DNA of 62,621 nt, the filler included, from Chiloscyllium plagiosum (taxonomy: Eukaryota), in assembly GCF_004010195.1 (NCBI RefSeq). It is 3 parts of one record of this genome, joined end to end, with 100 filler letters (N's around TTAATTAATTAA, not from the genome) between each part and the next. Parts side by side here need not be neighbours in the genome. Positions count along the whole stretch, not along the records: positions 24,596 to 49,712 come from NC_057713.1; positions 49,813 to 62,621 come from NC_057713.1; 1 more part is not named here. One strand, 5' to 3'. The stretch's first letter is position 1. Each line of letters starts with the position of its first letter. The position numbers were made by a program, and so were the translations under genes. The notes below the pieces were generated by a model. The model saw only the letters and a list, made by a program, of their open reading frames with translations. It made no database searches and was not told the DNA's origin. Of the stretch, positions 40,569-51,254 are shown piece after piece.

Positions 40569-42782
40569 CCTCCCTTTAAGAAAAAAATGAACCATCATAA
40601 TGAAAAGATGGCTTCATTTTTTCTCTACTTTTAAACACATTACTCTAACATACGGATAATATTAATACAAGTTCATCTTAACGTCTTCCCATATACCTGT
40701 ATATATATATTCTTCTAAACTCTATCAGTTAAATCTGTGATAATGCACCTGCGATTACTTTCTTCCGACTGTCTACATGTATGATTTTTAAATTAAAAGT
40801 CTGTAACATAAGACTCCAATGAAATAACCCCATATTCTTGTCTTTATTACTTGTGCCTGTGGGGCTGCCAGACGTCAGTCAGATGTGTTCTGGGTAGATA
40901 TTATTTTGCTGTGTTTTCACCAACAAGTGTTTTCATAGTGGCCCCTTTTGCCCCAGTGTTGACAGACAAACCTGGACTTCACATTGTAATGCTTTGCAGC
41001 CCTATACTCCCTGGTAAGAATGTGAGCGGATTGTGATTTGTGTACACAACCATCTTTGACAGATTGTCTGTGACATACACATTAAAATGTTGTAAGGCCA
41101 GTACCAAACCCAATAATTCCTTTTTGATTGTGGAGTATTTCCTCTGGTGGATGTTGATCTTCTTTGAAAAGTAACTAACTGCTGTTCAATCCCATCCTCG
41201 TCTTCCTGTAGCAGGAAGCTCCAACTCCTACGTCACTGGCCTCAATGATGACCTTAAAAGGTTTTGAAAGGTTTGGTGTAGCTTAAACTGGTTTGGTGGC
41301 TAATATTGCTTTCAAATGGTCGAATGCCTCCTGGCATTATACTGTCCACTGAAACTTTGTGTTCTTCTTCAGCAAATTGGTTAGCGGTGCCACTACACTG
41401 CTGACATTTGGAACAAACGTCCGATAGAATCTGCTGAGTCCCAAGAATTGAAGCACCTCTTTCTTTGAGGTTGGTCATGAAAATTCTTCGATGGCCTTCG
41501 TTTTTACATTCCGTGGGGTCAACCTTCTGTGATTGATGCTATATCCCAAGAACATCACCTCTGCATTCGCGAATTCAGTTTTATTTAAGTTTATCACCAG
41601 TTTTGCTTCTCATAGTCAGTCAAAGAGCTCTGCCAACTGTACCATGCGATCTTTCCAGGACTTACTAAAGATCACTACATCGTCCAAATAGACTGCACAG
41701 TTTGTTAATCCAGCCACAACTCTGTTCATGAGTCTTTGGAATGTGGCGGGTGCGTTCTTCATGCGAAAGGGCATCACTTTAAACTGATACAGCCCATTTA
41801 GAGTTACAAATGCAGAAATTTATTTTGCCGTCTCTAAAAAGGTACCTGCCAGTAACCATGTATTAAATCCAACTTGGTGATGTAATTGGCTTGTCCGACT
41901 TTCTCGATACAGTCCTCCAATCTAGGAATTGGATACGAGTCCAATTTTGTAACAGCATTGGCCATCTAATAATCCACGCAGAATCATTGAGTCCCGTCCA
42001 GTTTGGAAACTAAGACCATTGGCAAACTCCACTAGCTCTGGCTTGGTTCAATGATGTCCTTGTTGACCTCCATCTGCACTTGTCTGGCTTTGAAGGGATT
42101 AAGCTGATATGGGTGTTATTTTATTGCAGCAGTATTCCCTGCGTCTACGTAATGTACGATAGCATTAGTCCTCCCTATCTGATTCTTACTTATGTCCTTA
42201 TACTGCAGTAACAAACCTTTCAACTGCGTTCTATGCTCCTGAGACAGATAGCTTACTAACTTCTCCCACTCCACAGGGACCTCTTCATTTTTTAATCTAT
42301 ACTGAGGCACATCATCTACATCATCTGGATTTGATTCCTCACTTTGCGGGGCAGTAACTAACACCTGTTTCTCCAGTTTTTTTCTCCCTAGTATAATACG
42401 GTTTCAACATGTTCACATGACATACTCAATAACTTTCTGTTCTATCTGGCATCTTTACAAGATAGTTGACCTGACTCAACTTTTTCTCAATTTGATAGGG
42501 ACCACTAAACTAGACTTTGAAGGGATCTCCTATCACTGGTTACAATACTAACAAGTCATCTCCTTGGGAAAACATCTGAGTCTCAGAGCTTTTATCTGCT
42601 GTCTGTTTCATTCTACACTGTGCCCTCTTTCGGTGCTGTTTAGCTAATTCACCTACTCTATTTAATCTCTACCTCACCTTCGATACATAATCTAAGTGTG
42701 AGATCTCCGACTTTGGTCCTGTCAATTTTTCTTTAATTAATTTCAAAGGGCCTCTCACTTCATGAACGAATGTGAACTCAAT

Positions 42783-43108
42783 TTAGATTAGATTAGATTA
42801 CATTACATTACATTACAGTGTGGAAACAGGCCCTTCGGCCCAACAAGTCCACACTGACCCGCCGAAGCGTAACCCACCCATACCCCTACATTTACCCCTT
42901 ACCTAACACTACGGGCAATTTAGCATGGCCAATTCACCTGACCTGCACATCTTTGGACTGTAGGAGGAAACCAGAGCACTCGGAGAAAACTCACGCAGAC
43001 ATGGGGAGAACGTGCAAACTCCACACAGTCAGTCGCCTGAGGCGGGAATTGAACCCGGGTCTCTGGCACTGTGAGGCAGCAGTGCTAACCACTGTGCCAC
43101 CGTGCCGC
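42783..43108 (-). mobile_element. HE1 SINE inserted in the Gypsy integrase
   Basis: Full HE1 body and tail. Confidence 0.9.
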
Positions 43109-44850
43109 CTTAAATGGGAGTGAACTGAGTAGATTTGTTTGGGGCATCTGTAATGGCAAACAATATGAATGGGATACCTTTATCCTAGGTCTTCAAGGTC
43201 TGATGCCACCTTTCTAAAGCTCCCTGGGATTCGGCATGCTACACACTGGATTTAAAGTGCTATGTACCTAAGCTATGTATAACCTCCTTAACTAGCCAAC
43301 CAGTGAAATTTGACCCTTGGTCCGACTGAATCTCTCTGGGTAGCCCATACCGCATGAAAAAAGCTACTAGCTCCTCTACCACCATTTTTGCCTTGATGAA
43401 ATTGCTTCCGGAAATCTGGTAGACGCAGCCATTATAGTTAACAAGGTGGAAAGTTTAAGGGGGATACACGGGGCAAGCACTTCACACAGAGGGTGGTGGG
43501 CATCTGGAATGCGTCACCAGCAGAGGTGGTAGAGGCAGGCACGGAGATTCATTTAAGATGCATTTAATACCGTCTGTGGCTTACCTACTATTTGGCATTT
43601 ATGACATGTACGGCAAAAAGTAACCACAACCTTGTGCATTCCAGGCCAATAAAAATGTTTTTTTACCTTAGCCTGAGTCTTTTATATCCGTAGGTGACCT
43701 CCTACATGTAGTTCATGTGCTACTTGTAACACCTCCTGTCTGTGTGTTACCGGCAACACAATCTGGTGCACTTTGGCCCATTTCTCTTCTGCACTAACCT
43801 GTCATGGTCTCTATTTCCATCTTAGAATTTGATCTTTTAGATAATAACCCTCTGGAATATTCTTAGCCTCCTTTTCAGAGTACCCGTCCACATATATATC
43901 TTTTATTGCCTTGTCTTGCTGTTGCAAGTCCCTTGGCCTTTCAGGAGTAAACACTTTTGTCCGACCGTCTGCCTGTTCAGGTTTCTCCTGCACCATTACA
44001 TCAAACAACCTCAACTGAATCTCAATTCCTTCATCTTTCTCTTTACTTTTCGCTTTGTGCTGTGACTTAAGATAGTGGGATCTGGTTACCACACAGTCTG
44101 GGAAAATACCAGGATATTTCTGTTTTAAATCCTCAGTTTCTTGGTCTTCCTTTGGCTTCTCCACAACAAGAGATGTCACTCTCACTTTGGATCCTGCCAA
44201 ATCATTCCCAAGATCAAACTAAATGCCTGGAATTGACACTGTCAACCCACTGTAACTTCCCCAGTCTTGAGTTGGCAGACCAACCTGACCTTACATCGGG
44301 GAACACTAAATTTCTGTCCATCTATCCCATAAATTACCACTCTCTCAGTAACAGACCAGAAAGAGTACATATTTGCTCATTTCTTACTATCAGCAACTGG
44401 TTAGATCCTGTATCTCTCAAAATTATAACTTCTTGATCTTCTTCCCCTGTTCTTTCTGAGTAAACTTTATCTGAAGAGGTGAATTCTTTGTAGAGATCAG
44501 GTACTAACTCCATACCCAGCCCCTGCCTAGACTATGCACTCTCCTGCAGTTCCTCGGCTCTTCTAGTGCCACTGGCTTAGCTTCTTTTACCACATCTTTT
44601 CCCACAACACATTTTTTTAACAACCAGCACTACAGTGGAAACACCTGAGACCTTTCACCTCCCTTACACCCTCTTGGGCTTGTTTTGTATCCTATGGTAA
44701 ATTCTTACCAATGCTCTCTACTCCTGGTTTAGTAGTATAGGATTTCCCCTTCTCTGATGTTGACCCTTTCCACGATAAAATATGTCGAATCGAGAACTAT
44801 GTGTTCGAATTGAGCGCCCAGCTGAAGGAGATGTGCAAAACAGTTAGGGA

Positions 44851-45139
44851 CAACAGTTCTCTTCTCAACTGTTCAAATTTCCCCCACTTATACCCCCCCC
44901 CAAAGCATCAAATTGTGTCATTGGCTTTTAAAATTCTTAATATACTAAATTCAAACTCGATTGGAGTATGGTATTTTTGGTATTTTGGGGTATAATTTAA
45001 ACTGATTGGCCTAATTCAAATCTTTTTTTGTCATTTCCAGGCAACCAGCAGATCAAGTTGTTTGACCAAATGTTACTTTTTTTTCAGAATACTTCCTTCT
45101 GACAGGTACTCTTTGCTTTTAACTCACATCTTCATAACA
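44851..45139 (-). repeat. Gypsy 5' LTR, truncated
   Basis: Aligns, with substantial divergence, to about 40270-40568 and ends in TCATAACA. Confidence 0.8.
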
Positions 45140-45330
45140 CTGGCATCTGATTATCACTTCCCAGGGATAATTTTTCCAGTCAACCCTCCTACTTTAGGGT
45201 CCTGGCTTTCATGTGGGGTATTTCCTTTCTTAACTACCGCTCAGGCTCGGTGCTAGGGACGCTTTCAAATCTGATGTCACACAACCAACACTCTTTCATT
45301 CACTCTACCCTACCTGGTGCAGTGGGCAAG

Positions 45331-45347
45331 ACCTTGCCGCTGCGTCA
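45331..45347 (-). promoter_or_regulatory. Primer-binding site, tRNA-Ser-like (degenerate)
   Basis: Minus strand TGACGCAGCGGCAAGGT, 3 nt after the LTR CA, compared with TGGCGCAGCGAGCAGGGT expected for vertebrate tRNA-Ser (recalled from memory). Confidence 0.6.
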
Positions 45348-45350
45348 ATT

Positions 45351-45783
45351 TGTTGTTGGTAAAATTTATTGAGCATCAGATTTAGTAGCAAGTCAAATCA
45401 CAGTTTATTACACAAAAGCTTTTGGGAGGTGTGAGGTTGCCCTCAGAATGGAATTACAACCAGGCAATCTCTCAGATTACAGAGATCAACAGCCCTGTAA
45501 GCCCCTAACCACAGCAAAGCACACAGTTTCAGATAAAATTATGTAAACATTTCTCAAGCCTGCAGGTGTTGGTCTGTTGAGACTACAGCCACTGGTTATT
45601 TTGAGTTTGTGGTTTGCTTGCTAATGGTCATACTTCCGTTTTGCCTGCTCCTGCAAGTTTTAGAAATAATCAGCACAAAAGCACAACTTGCACAAAACCT
45701 TTAGCAAACATCAGCACAAAATTTTAGTCAACAATCCCAGTATTCTTAAAATGTAGTCAACAATTCCAGCATTCTCTACTTCA
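45351..45783 (-). repeat. ERV 5' LTR (about 433 bp)
   Basis: Minus strand TG...CA termini, AATAAA near the U5 end, short internal tandem repeats, PBS directly adjacent, and host SINE resuming at 45784. Confidence 0.7.
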
Positions 45784-46274
45784 CTTGGGTCTTGGCATGT
45801 GGTCGAATTTGAATTCAATTAAAAAGTGTGGAATTAAAAATCATTAGATTACCATATGTCGATTGTTGGGAAAATTAATCTGGTTCACAAATGCCCTTTA
45901 GGGCAGGAAATTGCCATCCTTATTTGATTTGGCCTACATGTGACTCCAGACCCACAGAAATTTGTTTGACTCTACACTGACCTCTGACCATTCGGGATGG
46001 GCAATAAATGCTGGTCTAGCCAGCGAGGCCCTCATCCCATGAATGAGTCAAAAAAAAGTATTGAAATTATTCTAAGACAACTCGGAGTAAAATATGATGG
46101 ATGCTGAAAAGTTTATTTCTGTTGCACTTCTTAAAATTTTCATTGGAAATTTTTTTTAACTCTTGAGAAGTATGCCTCATATCAAAAGTATATTAAAATC
46201 ATTGTCATGGTTTTAATACCTTAAGTATTAAAACCATAACAATTTCAGGACATCTAAAAATGGAGTGTGCTTTG

Positions 46275-47895
46275 TGGAGCAAGGTTAGATTGGGTGAAAT
46301 ACAGGGAGAATAGCCATTTGGATACAAAATTGCCTCAAAGGTTGGAGATGAAGGGTGGGGGTGAACTGGAACTGGAAGCCTGTGACCAGCAGTATGCCAC
46401 AAGGATCGGTATTGGCTCCACTGCTTTTTGTCATTTATATAAATGATTTGGAAGTGAATATAGGAGGTCCTTGGCCTCCTCCATCACCAGACCATAGCAA
46501 CACGACGCCTGGAGGAAGAGCGCCTCATCTTCCGCCTAGGAACCCTCCACGCACTAGGGATGAACGCAGATTTTTCCAGCTTCCTCATTTCCCCTCCCTC
46601 CACCTTATCTCAGTCCCAATCCTCGGACTCAGCACCACCTTCTTGACCTGCAATCTTCTTCCCGACCTCTCCGCCCCCACTTGACCTGCAATCTTCTTCC
46701 CGACCTCTCTGCCCCCACTTCCCTCTCTGGCCTATCACCCTCAACTTAACCTCCTTCCACCTATCACATTCCAAACGCCCCTCCCCCAAGTCCCTCCTCC
46801 CTACCTTTTATCTTAGCACACCTTAGCTTGGCACACCTTCCTCATTCCTGAAGAAGGGCTTATGCCTGAAACATCGATTCTCCTGCTCCTTGAATGCTGC
46901 CTGACTTGCTGCGCTTTTCAAGCAACACATTTTTCAGCTCTGATCTCCAGCATCTGCAGTCCTCACTTTCTCCTGGTACCGTTAGTAAGTTTGCAGATGA
47001 CACTAAAATTGGTGGTGTAGAGAACAGCAAAGAAGATTACCTCAGAGCATATTGGGATTTTAATCAGATGGGCCATTGGGCTGAGGAATGGCAGATGGAG
47101 TTTAACCTAGCTAAATGTGAGGTGCCACATTTTGATATGGCAAATCAGGTCAGAACATATACACTTTATTGAAAGATCCTGGGGAGTGTGCCAAACAAAG
47201 AGACCTTGGAGTTCAGGTTCATAGTTGGTTGAAAGTGGAGTTTCAGGTACACATGTTAGTGAACAAGGCATTTTGTACACTTGCCTTTATTGGTCAGTTC
47301 ATTGAGTGTAGGAGTTGGGAGCTGTTGTGGCTGTACGGGACATTGCTTAGGCTATTTTGGAATGTTGCTTTCAGTTCTGGTCTCCCTGCTATAGGAAAGA
47401 TGTTGTTAAACTTGAAAAGGTCCAGGAAAGAATTACAAGGATATTACTGGGGTTGGAGGTCTTGAGTTATAGGGAGAGACAGAATCGGCTGGAGATATTT
47501 TCCTGCAGTATTAGAGGTTAAGGGGTGACCTTATAGAATTTTATAAAATCATGAGGGGTATGGATAGGGTAAGTAGCCAAAGTCTTTTCCCCAGGGTAGG
47601 TGACACCAAAACTAGAGGGCATATGTTTAAAGTGAAGATGGCATATTTAAAAGGGACCTAGGTGTCAACTTTTCCATGCAGTGTGTGTATGGAATTGACT
47701 GCCAGAGGAAGTGGTAGGGGCTGATATAATTACAACATTTAAAAGGTATCTGGATGGGTATATAAGTAGAAAGGAATTATAGGGATATAGGTCAAATGCT
47801 GGCAAATGGGACTAGATTATTTTAGGATATCTTATCGGTATAGAGAAGTTGGACCGAAGGCTCTGTTTCCATGCTGTACATCTGTGCATCTACGA
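46275..47895 (+). mobile_element. 5'-truncated CR1 RT interrupted by a Penelope 3' fragment (about 46468-46975)
   Basis: PQGSVLAPLLFVIYINDL, then the Penelope pseudo-LTR, then VSKFADDTK and the CR1 3' UTR. Confidence 0.85.
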
Positions 47896-48229
47896 CTGTA
47901 AGACAAGTAGAATTTTGTTGTAAATTCTGTAATTTACACATGGAGATGGTTTGTAATGCACTTTTAATAACTTTATACATAAGATATATTATGGAGTAAA
48001 CATTTACGAGAAACAGTAAACATTGACATGATATGAAAACTGGGATTAGAGTGGTGCTGGAAAAGCATAAGAGGTCAGGCAGCATCTGAGGAGCAGGAAA
48101 ATCGACATTCCGGCAGGAGCCCTTCATCAGTCCTCACTTTTGCCTATCATATGAAAGCTGTGCATTGATTGACTGATGAGTAATTGCTCTCAGTGATCAA
48201 ACTGTAGAATCAGTTTGGGTATAGATAAT

Positions 48230-49220
48230 AAATAACAAAAGTAAGACGTAATTCGTGAGACTAATTTATAGCCCTTAAAGGTAGTTACACTTTAGGACAA
48301 GAAGAAATAAATGGGACATGTAAGGTATGTACTATAGTAATAGTCAGGGGTTAAGAGGATCAGATTGGCAAAGGCAGCCTGGAAAATTACATTAGAGAAC
48401 TTCCAGGACAATTTCTTAGATCAGTACGTTTTACAGCCTAAAAAAAGCAGCAGGCTATCTTAGATCTGGTAATGTGCAATCAGATGAGATTAATCAATAG
48501 TCATGGTAAAGGAGCCTCCAAGTGACAGTGATCACAAAGAATTTCAATTTCAGTTTGAAAGGGAAAAGAATGACTCTTTCATTAATTTTTTTCAACCAAA
48601 AGGTAACCATGAGAATATGAAGGCAGAAATAGCTAAACTATTCAGATAGATTAAAAGGCATGACATCAAAGTTATGGTGGAAGAATATTAAGGAGATACT
48701 AAAATAAGGGAGAAAAACTGACATAGGACACTCAACTGCATAGGTTTTTCCAAAGGCTGGCACAAACATGGGCTGAATGGCTTACTTTGTGCTTTAAGAT
48801 TTTATATTAAAGAATTTTCAAAGATTTATTCCAATAAGAAGGGCTCTTTGAGAAAGATGAATCATCCATGGGTAAACTCAGAAACATTATAGAAATTTGC
48901 AAAGATTAGGTATAGGTCTTTGTATTGAGGTGATTTTAGGAGCCAACAAAAAACGACTAAAAAGATGAAGCAAAGAGCAGAGCAGAAGAGAAACCTGGTT
49001 AGCACTATAAATATAAATAGTCAGAATTGCTGCAAGTATTTGAATAGGAATGAAATAACTAATGCTGGGCTCTAAAGGGATAGAGTCCTGGGAATTGATA
49101 ATGGAAAATAAACAAATGATGGAACCTTCGATTAGGCATTTTCTGTCCATCTCAGAAGACTTCCCTAAGATAATTGAAAATCAAGATATTTTACAGAGGA
49201 ATAAATTTATAACTATAACC
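48230..49220 (+). mobile_element. Old CR1 endonuclease-region fragment
   Basis: Degenerate YSP, LDLVMCN and SDH motifs. Confidence 0.55.
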
Positions 49221-49221
49221 A

Positions 49222-49712
49222 TCCTGACTGCCTGGCTCTCAGGACAACTCCATACAACCCTGTCACGGTGGACGCTGCAAGACGTGTCAGATTGTGGACA
49301 TAGATACCACTATTACGTGTGGGAACACCTCCCACCTTGTACATGGCAGGTACTCATGTGACTCAGCCAACGTTGTCTATCTTATACGTTGCAGGCAAGG
49401 ATGCCCGGAGGCATAGTACATTGGGGAAACCGAACAAAGGCTACGACAATGGATGGATGGGCACCGCACAACAATCAACAGACAGGAGAGTTGGTCCAGG
49501 ACATTCAGCCTCGGACCTTCGGGTGACCATCAATCAACAGAAGGAGAGTTGGTCCAGGACATTCAGCCTCGGACCTTCGGGTGACCATCCTCCAAGGTGG
49601 ACTTTGGGACAGGCAGCAGAGGAAAGTGGCCGAGCAGAGGCTGATAACTAAGTTCAGTACCCATAGGGAGGGCCTCAACCGGGACCTTGGGTTCATGTCA
49701 CATTACAGATGA
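49222..49712 (+). mobile_element. Penelope GIY-YIG fragment with a roughly 59-bp tandem duplication
   Basis: CDSANVVYLIRC..YIGET..LRQ. Homologous to 52556-52941. Confidence 0.8.
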
Positions 49713-49812
49713 NNNNNNNNNNNNNNNNNNNNNNNNNNNNNNNNNNNNNNNNNNNNTTAATTAATTAANNNNNNNNNNNNNNNNNNNNNNNNNNNNNNNN
49801 NNNNNNNNNNNN
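49713..49812. other. Assembly gap with TTAATTAATTAA spacer
   Basis: 44 N + spacer + 44 N. Confidence 0.95.
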
Positions 49813-50063
49813 GCCTTAAATTAAGGGGTGGTAGGTATTGGACAGATGTTAGGGGTAGATTCTTTACTCAGCGAGTCGTGAGTTCATGGAATGCCCTGCC
49901 AGTAGCAGTGGTGGACTCTCCCTCTTTATGGGCATTTAAACGGGCATTGGATAGGCATATGGAGGATAGTGGGCTAGTGTAGGTTAGGTGGGCTTGGATT
50001 GGCGCAACATCGAGGGCCAAAGGGCCTGTACTGCGCTGTATTTTTCTATGTTTCTATGTTTCT
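49813..50063 (+). mobile_element. Young CR1 3' end
   Basis: CR1 3' UTR and (TTTCTATG)n tail. Confidence 0.85.
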
Positions 50064-51254
50064 ATATCTGCAACCGATCTATATTTTGCTGTATCCTTTG
50101 TCAACATTCTACACTATCCGCAACTTCTCCAATCTTTGTATTGTACTAACCCACCCATCTACATTTTCATCCAAATCATTTACATATATCACATACAGCA
50201 GAGGTTCCAGTCCAGATCCTTGTGAACCACCACTCGTCATGAATCTCCAGCCTGAAAAACACCCTTCCACCACTACCATCTGCCTTATTTGGGCAAGCCA
50301 ACTGTGGTGTATTTTTTATTTTGCTAATTGTTATGGCATCTTTCCTAGAAGCATCAATTCTAACTTGAAAATCTAATATGGGCCTCAACGATTAGTGCCA
50401 AGATGCTATTTAACATGTGAGCATTGTAAGTAAGAGCACACAACAGCCAATCATATACTTCACAGCGTAGATCATTGGATAGAGACTGAGAACCATGGTA
50501 GAGATGAGGGAATTTGACCTTGAAATCACTTTTGTTTATTTCAGTTAAAGCTGTTTTCATCAAGTGAACTATTTGGCAAGTGTTTATTTTAGTGTGCTAA
50601 AGCAAACATAATCCCTGCATTTTTTTAGAGGAAGGCCAATTGAATTCTCTTTGGAAATCCCTTATTTTACATTATGAGACTCGGGTGTCTTGGGCTTCAC
50701 GAAAAGATGAGTAAACCTCCTAAGTCCTACTCTGAGGAATGAACTGAAGAGGGGAAAAATAGTTGTGGCCACCTAATCAAGGACATCAGAGTTCATAACA
50801 TCTGCTAATTGTATGTGGTCTGTGCGCACCAAGAGCGATGGGATGCAGTTAACAAATCTAGAGAGACCAATGAAAACTGGAACTTATTGTAAAAACACTT
50901 GCTTCCTTTGTTAACCTTACTTTGAGATCCATTACCATTTGTGAAAATGCTACATATGCCATTGTTTGCCAACATGCATTGCTTATTTGAATAATCTAAA
51001 TTAGCTCAGTGTAGATTGTGTCAAAATGGATATGATCAAATATAGGTACAAGGCACCTGAAGTATTACATTCACATTGTTATTGAGAGCAAGCAGAACAT
51101 AATATTTTAATATCTATGATTTGGTTTAGATACTGCTGGTTTTATATTATGTAGTCTCTACTGTTTTACAATTGATTTAAATTCTATTTTAGTTGCATCT
51201 TAAAGTACTAGTTTTGTGTTAAGTACATATCTCCCATGACTCTGCATTGATTAC

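Larger units (their letters stand above)
39871..45139 (-). mobile_element. Gmr1-type Ty3/Gypsy LTR retrotransposon (PR-IN-RT-RH), defective
   Basis: Minus-strand order: gag remnant, ILRDTGS (44414-44406), IN zinc finger (about 43780-43600), IQSDQGSNF (about 43330), RT YLDD (41690-41679), RNase H ending at TAA 40729. PPT AAAGGGAGG abuts the 3' LTR. Confidence 0.9.
34849..45783 (-). mobile_element. Defective endogenous retrovirus (class I / epsilon-like features), interrupted by a Gypsy element at 39871-45139
   Basis: 5' LTR 45783-45351, PBS, gag, pro, deleted RT, tether, RNase H and integrase. Only about 14 bp of the 3' LTR end remain (TGTTGTAGGTAAAA at 34849 vs TGTTGTTGGTAAAA at 45351). It splits a SINE whose halves flank it. 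Confidence 0.82.

Noticed and set aside
39865..45145. Target-site duplications for the Gypsy element and the ERV
   Set aside because: Gypsy flanks (CGAAG / CTGGC) do not match, and ERV flanks (CCTGA / CTTGG) match only 3 of 5, so no TSD is claimed.
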